Below the pieces are notes generated by a model. It was not told where the DNA came from, did not search any database, and worked only from the letters and a program-made list of their open reading frames with translations. Shown in pieces: positions 37,199-47,864 of a stretch of DNA of 64,000 bases; the stretch's first letter is position 1; each line of letters opens with the position of its first letter. Source of the stretch: Nitrosopumilus sp. (GTDB lineage Archaea; Thermoproteota; Nitrososphaeria; Nitrososphaerales; Nitrosopumilaceae); the NCBI GenBank assembly GCA_965238275.1, contig OZ250186.1, forward strand, positions 832,001 through 896,000. The letters run 5' to 3'. The position numbers and the translations under genes are program-made.

Positions 37199-37795
37199 AT
37201 GCCCAGCTTCAAATCCAAATATGCGTATCCCCTGATGTACTATATGCTCTCGCACAGGCAATTCAAACAACGCCAGATGGCACGGGATTTGGGATTTAGG
37301 CATGGAGGCAGTATCAGTGGGTTTGTAACTTGGCTGGAGGATTTGAATCTAGTTGCAAAAACCAGGGATCCCCTGCACCGCACCAAGACATACCACGTTC
37401 CCTCGCCACTAAGCCTGATAAAATTTTACAGTAATTTTGCCAAAATGAAGAATCTATGCATATCCCGTGACGTGGGGCGTGATCGGAATGAGGTGATTGA
37501 ATATTTTAAAAGGAATAACAGCGTCTTTTGCCTAGCCACGGCATTGGAGCATTACTCTGACTACGTCCGAGATCCTGCAATCCATGTATATGTGGACAAT
37601 AATTGTTTGAACGAGGTAAAACATGAAGAGGGCAGCATCCGGGCGTATCTTTATCCATTGAAACCTTACCTGAAGGACAATATAATTGAAATAAATGGGA
37701 TGATGCTGACTACAAGACTTCGAACCCTGATTGATTTGTATTGTGATGACAAGGCTTATCTGGCAACCCCCCTGGTTAAACAATTATGGATTTGA
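37199..37795 (+). CDS. wHTH protein, AbiEi-like (type IV TA antitoxin-like)
   Basis: N-terminal HTH QRQMARDLG; C-terminal TALEHY...IHVY...RTLIDLY; overlaps the NTase gene. Confidence 0.6.
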   Translation: MPSFKSKYAYPLMYYMLSHRQFKQRQMARDLGFRHGGSISGFVTWLEDLNLVAKTRDPLHRTKTYHVPSPLSLIKFYSNFAKMKNLCISRDVGRDRNEVIEYFKRNNSVFCLATALEHYSDYVRDPAIHVYVDNNCLNEVKHEEGSIRAYLYPLKPYLKDNIIEINGMMLTTRLRTLIDLYCDDKAYLATPLVKQLWI

Positions 37796-38541
37796 TTATC
37801 GATGAATACCTGCCGGAAGCCACCTCCCAGAGTTTGTTGGAACTTCGAAAATTCACAAAATGGCAAAAAGAAAACAATGGAGAATGGGCAAATATTATTG
37901 GTGGCTGGGCGGTCTGGGCATACTACGAACAAGGTCTTGGTTCCCGTGATATTGATTTGGTTCTTCCCAGAAATGACCACGTACGTTCGGAAATATTTAA
38001 TTCATATTTCCCAAACAACAATATTGACAAAAAGGCAAAAAATGTATTTGAAACCGAGGTGTATTATGCCAAGGACATCACTTTTCTCGGAAAAACAGAT
38101 GAGATAATATTTGATTTGTTTTATCCTGAAAACTTCAGACCAGACAATGACGGTTTGGACTTTACCATCAAATGGCAATGGATGTTGGATTACTCCATAA
38201 CACACCCGGTTGGAAATGATTGCTTTATTCAAATTCCTTGTCCAGAGCTGCTTTTGCCTACAAAAATGGTAGCCGCATTGTCTAGAATTGAGGAATTAAA
38301 ACATACAAGCGACATATCCAGAAAGCAATCCAAAATCTGGAAGGATTACTATGACGTTGGCATATTGAGTGGACATATAGATTTTGACTGGGATCATTTG
38401 GAACGGCATATGAAAAATATTGGTTTTACTCGTGATCTGGTAACCAGATTTTTGGATGGCTATATCAGTCGGGCAGATTCGCTTGAATATGCAAACACCA
38501 CACTCATTCAGGTAGCTGACAAAATTCCCCCATTAAGGTAG
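37786..38541 (+). CDS. AbiEii-like nucleotidyltransferase
   Basis: IIGGWAV...SRDIDLV, ELLLPTK..A, KDYYD; low GC. Confidence 0.75.
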   Translation: MDLIIDEYLPEATSQSLLELRKFTKWQKENNGEWANIIGGWAVWAYYEQGLGSRDIDLVLPRNDHVRSEIFNSYFPNNNIDKKAKNVFETEVYYAKDITFLGKTDEIIFDLFYPENFRPDNDGLDFTIKWQWMLDYSITHPVGNDCFIQIPCPELLLPTKMVAALSRIEELKHTSDISRKQSKIWKDYYDVGILSGHIDFDWDHLERHMKNIGFTRDLVTRFLDGYISRADSLEYANTTLIQVADKIPPLR

Positions 38542-38800
38542 TATTTTGGTAACTGCTATCTTGCTCTGACCTTGTTACAAACAATTCACCGATCCCTACT
38601 TGTCAGCTATACCATCGAAATAAAATTTGAGATCATTCCGCTAAGAGATCGCCGTTAATTTTAGTTTCCAGACATTATTTCTCAGATTATTCTCCAGAAT
38701 GCATGCCTGTTTGTCTGATCAGTTGTTTGGTTTTGAACACTGCTGTGTGTATGTATTTCCGGAGTATTCCCAGAACGTTTTGGTAGGAATGTGTACAGAT

Positions 38801-39135
38801 ATGATGTCTGACGAGGAGATCAGGAAATCCCAAAAAGAGATGGCTGATCTTATAAAAAAAGAAAGGCGAAGGAACAGTCATGGTGATATCGTATCCTGCC
38901 AAGTCTGGCAAGAGAAAGTGGATCCGGTACGAGCGGATCTACTCTGATGCCATGTGACACGTCGACTGGCACGCCATGAAAGGCTACTGCATGAATGAGA
39001 TGAACCTGGTAATTTACCTGGATGACGCCTCGCGATGCATCACAGGGACCGGACTGCTCAAGGATGCGACGTCCGAGAACGCCGTCATCGTACTGCGCAA
39101 TGCCATCGGGAAGTTCGGTGCTCCGGCAACCGAAC
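38801..39135 (+). pseudogene. IS481-family transposase remnant
   Basis: KWIRYERIYSDAM*HVDWH...YLDDASRCITG...ATSENAV...FGAPAT; in-frame stop at 38955; truncated. Confidence 0.75.
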
Positions 39136-39217
39136 CAGTCCGGCATAATTTCGATATAATGCATCCATACGGAATCCGCCGAAGGTGTTAAATTTGGAAT
39201 GACACCATGATGAATCC

Positions 39218-39808
39218 ATGGAACCACGAAAGGCATCCATCCGACGCGATACCAAGGAGACTGCATTATCAGTATCTGTCAACATTGACGGTACCGGCAG
39301 CACCAGCATTGTCACCGGCATTGACTTTCTTGATCACGTTATAACGTCATTTGGCAGGCATGCCATGCTAGACTTGGAGGTAAAGGCAGAATCAAACGAC
39401 AGAATAGCCCACCACCTGATAGAGGATACTGCAATAGCACTGGGCCAGGCACTGGATGAGGCTCTGGGCGAGCGGGACGGCATAGTACGATTTGGCCTTG
39501 CCTCGGTCCCAATGGACGAATCCCTTGCAGTGGCTGCCGTGGATCTGGTAAGGCGGCCATTCTCCAAGCTGACACTACCGCTTCAGCGTGACTCCGTCGA
39601 GGGGATCGCGCGGGAGGATCTAGAACACTTTTTCCTCTCACTGCTCCAGAATCTGAATTCCTGCATACACCTAGAGGTAAGATATGGGAGCAACGATCAC
39701 CACAAGGCGGAATCCGCCATAAAGTCCCTTGCAGTGGCGCTCCGGCAGGCCTGCGCACGGGATGCCATATCCAAGGGCCCTCCAAGCACGAAGGGTTCCA
39801 TGCGATGA
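39218..39808 (+). CDS. hisB: imidazoleglycerol-phosphate dehydratase
   Basis: [33 protein letters not shown]. Confidence 0.96.
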   Translation: MEPRKASIRRDTKETALSVSVNIDGTGSTSIVTGIDFLDHVITSFGRHAMLDLEVKAESNDRIAHHLIEDTAIALGQALDEALGERDGIVRFGLASVPMDESLAVAAVDLVRRPFSKLTLPLQRDSVEGIAREDLEHFFLSLLQNLNSCIHLEVRYGSNDHHKAESAIKSLAVALRQACARDAISKGPPSTKGSMR

Positions 39809-40404
39809 CGCATGTTGCAATATTTGACTACGGGGCCGGAAACATATTCAGCCTCAGGCACTCCCTTGAGAGGGCAGGTGCCACAGTCGACATCATTACA
39901 AACTTTGAAGGGCACAACACGTACTCGGGACTGCTCCTTCCGGGCGTGGGCCACTTTGATCCTGCGGTGCGCAGCATCGGGTCCGGCGACGGATTCACAG
40001 AGTATGTCAACGGGATGCCGGTCCTTGGGATATGCCTTGGAATGGAGATCTTCTTTGAGAGCAGCCAGGAGGGCAGCGAGCAGGGTCTTGGCGTGATGGG
40101 CGGAGACGTGGCAGTCCTTCCCCCTGTGATGAAGGTGCCCCACATGGGGTGGAACAGCCTTGAGACGGTGCGGCCAGGAAGGCTGCTTGACGGGATTGAG
40201 GACGGCTCTTGGGTGTATTTTGTCCACTCGTATATGGCGCGGCCTGATCCTGCCGGCGTGATAACTGCAGCATCAGACTATGGCATCAGCGTTCCTGCAG
40301 TGGTGGAGCAGGACAACCTGTTTGGGACGCAGTTTCATCCTGAAAAGTCAGGGGCCGTGGGGCGGCAGATGATAAGCAACTTTCTTGATGTGTGTAAGAG
40401 ATGA
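39805..40404 (+). CDS. hisH: imidazole glycerol phosphate synthase glutaminase subunit
   Basis: DYGAGN, LPGVG, GICLG, PHMGWN, YFVHSY, QFHPEKS. Confidence 0.96.
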   Translation: MTHVAIFDYGAGNIFSLRHSLERAGATVDIITNFEGHNTYSGLLLPGVGHFDPAVRSIGSGDGFTEYVNGMPVLGICLGMEIFFESSQEGSEQGLGVMGGDVAVLPPVMKVPHMGWNSLETVRPGRLLDGIEDGSWVYFVHSYMARPDPAGVITAASDYGISVPAVVEQDNLFGTQFHPEKSGAVGRQMISNFLDVCKR

Positions 40405-41111
40405 TGATGATAATTCCTGCAATCGACTTGATGGGGGGCCAGGTGGTACGGCTGTACCAGGGGGATCCGGAACGCAAGACCGTCTACGGGGATGATCCTG
40501 TCGCAGTTGCCCGGGAGTGGGAGAGGCAGGGCGCAGACATGCTGCACCTGGTGGATCTTGATGCTACCCTGGGACGCGGCTCCAACTCCGGTCTGATCCG
40601 GAGCATATTGGATGCAGTCTCGGTTCCCGTGCAGGTTGCAGGCGGCCTGCGGAATGCAGAATCCGTCCGCACGGCAACTGACGCGGCAGGCAGGGCCGTA
40701 ATAGGTACGCTGGCATTTGAGGATGCAGCCATTCTGAGGGAACTGAGTGCGTCGCCGGGCCCTGACCGTATCGTGATATCTGCTGATCATAGGAACGGAA
40801 TCGTGGTGACCCGCGGGTGGCAGAAATCCGCCGGAATAGCACTCGTGGATGCCCTGAAGGGGTTTTTAGACATCGGGTTTACAGAGTTTCTTGTGACTGA
40901 TGTGGGCCGCGACGGGACGCTGAAGGGACCCGAGCTTGACTACCTTGCACAGCTGTGCAGACTGGAAGGGGCACACGTCATTGCAAGCGGCGGGATATCC
41001 GGCGTGCATGATGTGGAACAGGTCATGAGGGCAGGCGCCTCGGGGGTTATACTGGGACGGGCGCTGTATGACGGCAAGATTACAATCGGGGAGGCAGGGG
41101 CATGGCGCTGA
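40401..41111 (+). CDS. hisA: ProFAR isomerase
   Basis: [39 protein letters not shown]. Confidence 0.95.
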   Translation: MMMIIPAIDLMGGQVVRLYQGDPERKTVYGDDPVAVAREWERQGADMLHLVDLDATLGRGSNSGLIRSILDAVSVPVQVAGGLRNAESVRTATDAAGRAVIGTLAFEDAAILRELSASPGPDRIVISADHRNGIVVTRGWQKSAGIALVDALKGFLDIGFTEFLVTDVGRDGTLKGPELDYLAQLCRLEGAHVIASGGISGVHDVEQVMRAGASGVILGRALYDGKITIGEAGAWR

Positions 41112-41905
41112 CCAAGCGGATAATACCGTGCCTTGATGTGCGGGACGGCAGGGTCGTCAAGGGGCTCCACTTTGAGTCCATCAGAGACGCAGGCGATCCC
41201 GTGGATCTTGCAAGGCGGTACGGCCAAGAGGGGGCAGATGAGCTGGTGTTTCTGGACATTACGGCATCCGGCGAGGGCCGCAAGACCATACGGGATCTTG
41301 TGCGGGGGGTGGCATCGGTCCTTGACATCCCGTTTACAGTCGGCGGCGGGGTCTCGTCCCTTGAGGATGCAAGGGGGATACTGCTGAACGGCGCAGACAA
41401 GGTCGGGATAAACACCGGGGCGGTAAGGAATCCGGGGCTGGTGACTGAACTGATGGGCCTCTTTGGGAGGCAGTGCGTGGTGGTGGCAGTCGATGCCAAG
41501 CGCAACTATACTACAAAGGACGGGACCGCCACATTCTGCGAGGACGGCAGGGAGTTCTGGTTTGAGGTGTTTGTGTACGGGGGGAGCAGGAAGACCGGAC
41601 TTGATGCAGTATCCTGGGCAAAACAGGTGCAGGACCTTGGCGCAGGCGAGATACTCCTTACCAGCATAGACAGGGACGGCACCAAGAACGGCTATGACAC
41701 CCTGCTCACAAAGTCGATTGTGGACGCAGTCTCGATTCCAGTCATTGCCTCCGGCGGATGCGGCAGCCCTTCAGACATGGCAGACGTCTTTGAGAGCACC
41801 GGGGTTGACGCAGCACTTGCAGCATCCATATTCCATTACAGGTCCTACGGAGTGGAAGGCGTCAAGAGGTACCTGAAGGAGCGGGGAATTCCCGTGAGAC
41901 TGTAG
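41102..41905 (+). CDS. hisF: imidazole glycerol phosphate synthase cyclase subunit
   Basis: [40 protein letters not shown]. Confidence 0.97.
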   Translation: MALTKRIIPCLDVRDGRVVKGLHFESIRDAGDPVDLARRYGQEGADELVFLDITASGEGRKTIRDLVRGVASVLDIPFTVGGGVSSLEDARGILLNGADKVGINTGAVRNPGLVTELMGLFGRQCVVVAVDAKRNYTTKDGTATFCEDGREFWFEVFVYGGSRKTGLDAVSWAKQVQDLGAGEILLTSIDRDGTKNGYDTLLTKSIVDAVSIPVIASGGCGSPSDMADVFESTGVDAALAASIFHYRSYGVEGVKRYLKERGIPVRL

Positions 41906-41968
41906 CGGGTTTTGGAATTCATGGTACGTTTTCTCCAGATTGTTTCTGCATGTCACTGGTTCCTCCAC

Positions 41969-43068
41969 GCGGGTCTGTAGTTGAGTTTTGTCTCAGACAC
42001 GTCATGGGACAGTATGAACCTGCTGGCGCCGTCCATGACGGCAAAAAGCCACCGCGCCTGCGCGCGAACCTTGAAATGTATCTCGTCACAGTGCCACTTG
42101 TAATGCGCAGTCCACCTGTATATCGTGCTTGAATGCACGGTTGTTCCGTGACGGCAAAAAGCCCGTGCGCGGCTGCAGCCGCCTTGAATATTCACCCATC
42201 AGCGCCGAATAATGCGCAGTCCACCTGTATATCGTGCTTGAATGCACGGTTGTTCCGTCCTGTGCCATCACTGCCTGCACCGCAGCGCAGGACAGCCCGT
42301 ACGCTGCCTCCCTGAGTGCCCGGGATATCGCCTCTGGGCCGGCATGGCGCTTCTTGAAGCCCGGCCGTCCGGAGAATGTCCGGCCGCACGGCTTACACCG
42401 GTACCGCCGGATCGGCCCGTACGCGTTGTGTCGGTGCCCGTTGCGTGCAAACACAGTCGACTTGCAATGGTGGCATGCAGTCTGAGGCATGCTAATGACA
42501 ATTGTATTTTGGTTCCTGCACCGGTCCCACATCCGGCCAAGCAACACGTCCACTGCCCGCACGTGCTTGCACAGGCCGTCACAATTGACGTAATGCTGGC
42601 ACGCGCATACAAACCCGGCAGAGCCAAGAATCACCAGATACCACAGTCCTGGAATAGACTGCGATGCCACATTCCATCGTCTGAGACTTGTCATCCTCAC
42701 CTGCTTTGGGTCGTTGCTGATCACCTGTCCCTGCCTTGCCGCCGTTTTGGCGCGTTTTGCCCTGTTCATAAATAAACCAATTGGTATTATTACATAGATC
42801 TTTCTACCAGTCTTAAATAACAGGCAGCTAAAAAAAATTCATGACCCAGTGGGCCAAAGACGCCAAGGAATTTACCGTTTCTGTGATCAAAAACGAGAAG
42901 CGTCTGACAAACTACAGCTACATACCAAAACCGATACTTGAAATGCTTGGCAATCCCGACAAACTAAAGTTTGTCATTTCCGGCGATGACATAATGGTGC
43001 GCAGACCAGACGAGTGAATCTGGAGAAGATCCTGATTTTGTGTCACCAACCGATGATGCAGGAGAACC
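41969..43068 (-). mobile_element. IS6-like element copy 2, truncated and internally scrambled
   Basis: One TIR ends at 43068; transposase runs from 42769 down to about 41969; AbrB-like gene at 42841-43017; second TIR and TSD absent. Confidence 0.88.
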
Positions 43069-43115
43069 GATGTTAAACAAGGTTTATAACCAAATTGGCG
43101 AGTATGTGAGCTTGG

Positions 43116-43721
43116 ATGTCGGAATTAGGAACAAAAAAGTCCTCCGGATTGTCCCGAAGAGACTTTCTGAAACTGATCGGCGCTGCAGGTACAGGACTGG
43201 CCTTTGCGCCTTTTGTGCCGTTTGGTAACTTTATGCCCAACCCGAACCAGGCATCCCTTGAAAAGGTCCCGGTATTACTGCCGGACGGCACGCAGGCAAA
43301 CATCAACACATACCCGATAAACACCGCAGATGTCATTACCTATCCTGCAACCGGCGATCCGGCACTTGATGCAGAGGCGTTTAGAAAGTGGCAGTTCATC
43401 AGGCTCCCAGAAGAGCTTGGAGGTGCAAACAGCGATGCCTCCTCGCTCCGGGTATTCAGCATGATCTGCCTCCACCTGTGGTGCCTGTGGAAGTACTGGC
43501 CGGATGAAGGCAGGAAGAGAGGCGAGTGTCCGTGCCATGGGTCCATGTACAACCCTGACACCGGAATTGCATTCCTTGGTCCTGCATCCGTACAGGCATC
43601 CCCCTCAAACACGCTGCCAAAGCTCACACTTGAGATAGAACCGTCGGGACTCATCTTCATACTGCCGCCGAGCTTTACCGCACACGAAAACGGAGTAATT
43701 GGATATGGCCGTTTCGCTTGA
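43116..43721 (+). CDS. Rieske iron-sulfur protein (complex III), Tat signal
   Basis: SRRDFLK, CLHLWC, CPCHGS. Confidence 0.95.
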   Translation: MSELGTKKSSGLSRRDFLKLIGAAGTGLAFAPFVPFGNFMPNPNQASLEKVPVLLPDGTQANINTYPINTADVITYPATGDPALDAEAFRKWQFIRLPEELGGANSDASSLRVFSMICLHLWCLWKYWPDEGRKRGECPCHGSMYNPDTGIAFLGPASVQASPSNTLPKLTLEIEPSGLIFILPPSFTAHENGVIGYGRFA

Positions 43722-45273
43722 GAGAAGGACAGGGGTAGTAGCCTTCTTCTACTGGCTTTGGGACGGCATAGACAGGACCATATTTACCGCCATCAAGTTC
43801 TCGTTTCCGGCAAGGTTTGTAAGCCCGTTCGGGTTCCTTGGAATGCTCACGTTCGTCGTCTTTATCATACTGGGTGTCTCAGGCGCCCTTCTCATGTTCT
43901 ACTATCAGCCCATACTTGACCGGGCCTGGGACAGCGTCCAGTTCATCAACGACGACGTCCCATTCGGATTCCACATAAGAAACATCCACTATCACGGCTC
44001 CAATGCCATGGTGCTCCTTGCCGTGCTTCACATGTACTACCAGTACTTCAGCGGAAGGTACAAGATACGCAACGAGGTGCTCTGGATGACCGGCGTCATA
44101 CTTGGCGTGGTTACGATCCTTGAGGCCTTTACCGGATACGATGTGATATTCAGTGAAAGGGCCGAGCTTGCCATCAGCATTGCCGCGTCGCTGACCACGT
44201 CGATACCCGTGGTGGGGCCGCTTATACGGGACGCTGCGCTTGGCAGCGGATTCTCCGACTTTGTATTGCGGTTTTATGCCCAACATGTCTTCTTGCTTCC
44301 GATAGTGATGCTGGGGCTCATGGCAGTCCACTTCCCGCGGTTTCTGGTGTTTGACGTACCGATGGTCATGGCAATTTCAGGGGCCATTCTGATTACCGGA
44401 GGTGTGTTTCCAATCGACCTGGGCTTCAAGTTCGAGCCGTCAGTCGCACCCGGAGTCACCGTTCCCGAATGGTACCTTACTGGAATCTATGCCTTCATGC
44501 GGACGCAGTATGACAAGTTTGTTACCGGGTTGTTGTGGCCGTTGCTGTTCATAACATCGTTCGTGCTGATACCGTTCATAGACCGGTACAAGAAGTTCTC
44601 GTGGAGGGACCGACCCATAATCACGGCCTTTGGAATCACCAGCCTGGCCCAGATAATGGTGACGACCTACTGGGGGTTCTACATATCGCCGGACATCTCG
44701 ATTCCGCTGGTGGAGCGCCTTGTGATCGATCCCATATTCTTCTACGGTACCATGATCCTGCTCGTCCCGCTGGGATTCGGATTCACCTATATGATGATAA
44801 AGCTTGCAAACGAGGCCGAGCGCAAGTCAAAGCTTGCCAAAAAGACCGGACCGCAGAAGGTTGCCACCATCAACTTTTCTGAAAAGTGGATAAACTGGGT
44901 GCTTGTGGCACTGCTGGCATTCCAGGTGTTCCTGAACATTGCAGCATACAACGCCGCCCTGACAGGCATGAATAACGTCTCGCTGTTCTTTGTGGGAATA
45001 ATACTGCTGGTCTTTGCAGCGTTCTTCCACGTGTACAGGTATGGCATGAGCCAGGAGAAGAGTGCCCCGCCACCGGCGCCTGCATCAATCCTGGTAGAAA
45101 AGCCAAAACTGTCCGAGCTGGAGCCGCGGCGGCAGCAGCAGCCCAAGCTGGACTCTGAGGATGTGCCCAAAGTAGGCGACATCATGGTGGAGACTAGGGT
45201 TCTTCCGCCACCGGCAAGAGGCACGGGGGCTGCTGCTACTGCTGCAGGCAAGAGCGCAGACAGTACCAAGTGA
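43705..45273 (+). CDS. cytochrome b (complex III)
   Basis: RNIHYHGSN, LHMY, FTGY, RFYAQHV, PEWY; multiple TM helices. Confidence 0.95.
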   Translation: MAVSLERRTGVVAFFYWLWDGIDRTIFTAIKFSFPARFVSPFGFLGMLTFVVFIILGVSGALLMFYYQPILDRAWDSVQFINDDVPFGFHIRNIHYHGSNAMVLLAVLHMYYQYFSGRYKIRNEVLWMTGVILGVVTILEAFTGYDVIFSERAELAISIAASLTTSIPVVGPLIRDAALGSGFSDFVLRFYAQHVFLLPIVMLGLMAVHFPRFLVFDVPMVMAISGAILITGGVFPIDLGFKFEPSVAPGVTVPEWYLTGIYAFMRTQYDKFVTGLLWPLLFITSFVLIPFIDRYKKFSWRDRPIITAFGITSLAQIMVTTYWGFYISPDISIPLVERLVIDPIFFYGTMILLVPLGFGFTYMMIKLANEAERKSKLAKKTGPQKVATINFSEKWINWVLVALLAFQVFLNIAAYNAALTGMNNVSLFFVGIILLVFAAFFHVYRYGMSQEKSAPPPAPASILVEKPKLSELEPRRQQQPKLDSEDVPKVGDIMVETRVLPPPARGTGAAATAAGKSADSTK

Positions 45274-45326
45274 TGAGCGATGGATCCAAAGAAGCTTTAT
45301 AATGACTTGGAGGCGTCGATCGGATA

Positions 45327-45788
45327 ATGAGCGTCCAGGCATCAAGCCATGCCTATGGCATAGGAGTTATTTCACTGCTTGTTGGAATGTCAGTGGTTCT
45401 GGTATTTTACACGTCGTTTTATCTCCCAGAGTCCCTGTTAAAGCCGTCCGTAGACGAGCACATACTGGATCCTGAAAGAATACTTACAATCGACATAGTA
45501 CCCGGGGCGCTGACTGAGGGCAACGATGCGTACATTCCGCAGGATTCCAAAGTGCTGCTGACAGTTGACAACCATGTGGTGTGGACCAACAGCGACGAGA
45601 CTGCGCACACCGTTACGCCTGACCACCGGTATGCAGACTCGTACAGCGGCGAGTTTAATTCCCCCGGCGTCATCAAGCCTGGCGAGACATACGAGTTTGT
45701 GTTTACAGAGCCTGCAGAGATACACTATCACTGCACGCCGCATCCGTGGATGAAAGGCTCTATAACAATCGAGAAGAGCAGGTTCTAG
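45327..45788 (+). CDS. membrane-anchored cupredoxin (plastocyanin-like)
   Basis: WTNSD..AHTVT, YHCTPHPWM. Confidence 0.92.
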   Translation: MSVQASSHAYGIGVISLLVGMSVVLVFYTSFYLPESLLKPSVDEHILDPERILTIDIVPGALTEGNDAYIPQDSKVLLTVDNHVVWTNSDETAHTVTPDHRYADSYSGEFNSPGVIKPGETYEFVFTEPAEIHYHCTPHPWMKGSITIEKSRF

Positions 45789-46135
45789 ACGTAATACCTT
45801 GCAAAGATTATCTGGCTTTCGATCTCCTTGTGCTGCTCTATTATAGAGGCCCTGAACTTTACCTCGTACTCGTGCTCCGGAACAAACTTGATCGTTGCTG
45901 TAAACTCTGCCGTATCCCGGGGCATCGCCTCCCGAGGTATGAACAGCCTTGAGACGTTGTGCGAGATGATCTTTTTGTTGTAGGATTTGTAGGTTATGTG
46001 CTCGTTGGAGTCTGCGATCTGGGTGTTGATGACGACCCCGTCGTACCTTCCGGGGTATGCCACTGACACGGTTCCAATTATCTCAGAGTCCGGATGAATC
46101 TCAGTGGTGTTCAGGGAGAATCCGATGTCCTTCAT
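45785..46135 (-). CDS. conserved hypothetical protein
   Basis: ORF MKDIGFSLNTT... preceded by a GGGGGT RBS-like sequence. Confidence 0.65.
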   Translation of the reverse strand: MKDIGFSLNTTEIHPDSEIIGTVSVAYPGRYDGVVINTQIADSNEHITYKSYNKKIISHNVSRLFIPREAMPRDTAEFTATIKFVPEHEYEVKFRASIIEQHKEIESQIIFARYYV

Positions 46136-46175
46136 GCTACCCCCACGCGTGGTCTGCATAAATAATTTTATCAGG

Positions 46176-46250
46176 CGGGCCCAAAGGGCTTCGATCCCTT
46201 GACCATTGGATTAGAAGTCCAACACTCTATCCATGCTGAGCTATGGGCCC
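46176..46250 (-). tRNA. tRNA-Arg(TCT)
   Basis: GGGCCCA acceptor; TTGGA-CTTCTAA-TCCAA anticodon arm; 75 nt. Confidence 0.95.
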
Positions 46251-46485
46251 AAGAATTGAGGGGACAAATGCCATTTTAAGGGTTTAGAGCGGCAGTCTGC
46301 CGAAAACTCCGATGTAGTGGCGCCTGCTGCTCCGTCTGAGACATGTCCCTTCAGTCCGGTTCTGCAGCTAAACAGCCCATGCAGTCTGAAATGGTCCTGC
46401 ATGCTCCCAGATTCTACGCTGCATCATCTTCTCTGATGCACTGCCGTTGGGTCGGATTTAATTATGTGATTACGAGGCAAGTCTC

Positions 46486-46923
46486 ATGGTATCTGGGTAC
46501 GTACAATTCAACAAGAACATCTTGATATCGTTTGTGGTGGCCCTTATGGTGTCCGCAGCTGCCGCCGAGCTGCTCGCCGACCTGCCGGACTATCTTAATT
46601 CCACCTATGTAACAATCATCGATTATTCTGTATACTTTTTGATGTTTGGTGGTTTGTTCTACCTTGACAACCGGAAGAGGTATCGCTTGGAATCAGGGGA
46701 TACTGATAGGACAAGACTCAAAAGCGATCTGAAGAAGCTGTTTGCCTCCTTTGGAATTTCAGAGGTGGTATATGGCGTTTCCAGATGGCTCATACAGTAC
46801 TATCTTCTAGGTATCGCCTACGATCCGTATCTTGCGTCAGTCATTGCACAGTCCTTTGCATTTGTGATCTTCCTTGGAGTGATCAATTTCAGCATATGGT
46901 TTACAAAGATGTACCGGGACTAG
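46486..46923 (+). CDS. hypothetical membrane protein (GtrA-like topology)
   Basis: Four hydrophobic segments. Confidence 0.65.
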   Translation: MVSGYVQFNKNILISFVVALMVSAAAAELLADLPDYLNSTYVTIIDYSVYFLMFGGLFYLDNRKRYRLESGDTDRTRLKSDLKKLFASFGISEVVYGVSRWLIQYYLLGIAYDPYLASVIAQSFAFVIFLGVINFSIWFTKMYRD

Positions 46924-47047
46924 TCCCTGGCACGGTCACGTGCGTGTGGAATTGTCTGATGCATGCAGAAACACCGTGATGCAGTCAGAACGGTATGGGG
47001 AGTCTGCAGGAATGCTACAGCATACCTGGAACCGTCCAGAACAGTAT

Positions 47048-47863
47048 CTACAACCATCTTCTGCCGAGCCTCTCCCTTTCCATCTTGAAGAGAAACTGCT
47101 GGGCGTATCCTGCATACGGTCCAAAGTAGTCTACAATCTCCTCGTGAATCCTGCGGTACTGCAGCTGGGTTATCGTCTTTGTGCCCGGACTGAACCTGTC
47201 CGGGTAGTGCTCCCTTAGAATCCTGGTCGTCCACCTGTCGATTGGAAACGCCTCGGGCTTTTCAAGCGAGAACAGCATCACGCAGTCTGCCACCTTGTAT
47301 CCGACACCGGGCACCGTGCACACTGCATCACGTGCATGCTCGTAGTCCATGTCGCGCAGCTCCTGCAGGTCAATCCTGCCTGATGCCACCATCCGTGCAG
47401 CATCCCTGACAAATCCGGAGCGGTACCCGGTGCCGCACCTGCCAATCTCCTCCGGAGTGGCACCTGCAAGCCTCTCTGGTCTTGGAAACACGAAAAACTC
47501 CTCCCCGTCGACTGTGATCCCCTCCCCGTACATCCTGCACAGCCTCTCCAGGCATGTCCTGATCTTCTGTATGCTGGAGTTGGAGGATACGACAAACGAT
47601 ATCAGGCACTGGAATGGATCCTGCCGGAATATCCTGAGTCCGGGATACATGGCAACGGTCTCCCTTACCAGGGCATCTCCCGAAACTGATCTGATTATCG
47701 TATCCATGTCGTCGTCGCACCTTGCAAAGTCTGCCGCCTGGCCGGACAGCACTCCTGCAGGATCCAGCCTTATGACATTCTGGCCGTCAACGCCGTACCA
47801 CGCATCACCAATCTTTCTCCACAGGAATACCTGGCCGCTGTTTATGGAGCCGTCAACATCCAT
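47048..47863 (-). CDS. 8-oxoguanine DNA glycosylase (OGG1/HhH-GPD family)
   Basis: SGQVFLW, RQDPFQCLISF, GTGYR, PGVGYKVADCV, FPID.W, YAGYAQQFLF. Confidence 0.9.
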   Translation of the reverse strand: MDVDGSINSGQVFLWRKIGDAWYGVDGQNVIRLDPAGVLSGQAADFARCDDDMDTIIRSVSGDALVRETVAMYPGLRIFRQDPFQCLISFVVSSNSSIQKIRTCLERLCRMYGEGITVDGEEFFVFPRPERLAGATPEEIGRCGTGYRSGFVRDAARMVASGRIDLQELRDMDYEHARDAVCTVPGVGYKVADCVMLFSLEKPEAFPIDRWTTRILREHYPDRFSPGTKTITQLQYRRIHEEIVDYFGPYAGYAQQFLFKMERERLGRRWL

Positions 47864-47864
47864 C

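Noticed and set aside
32362-37200. Shared CATGA(C)TAACACAACAT at the starts of two NTase modules (32362 and 37185)
   Set aside because: Opposite orientation relative to the genes, short and AT-rich; cannot be separated from chance.
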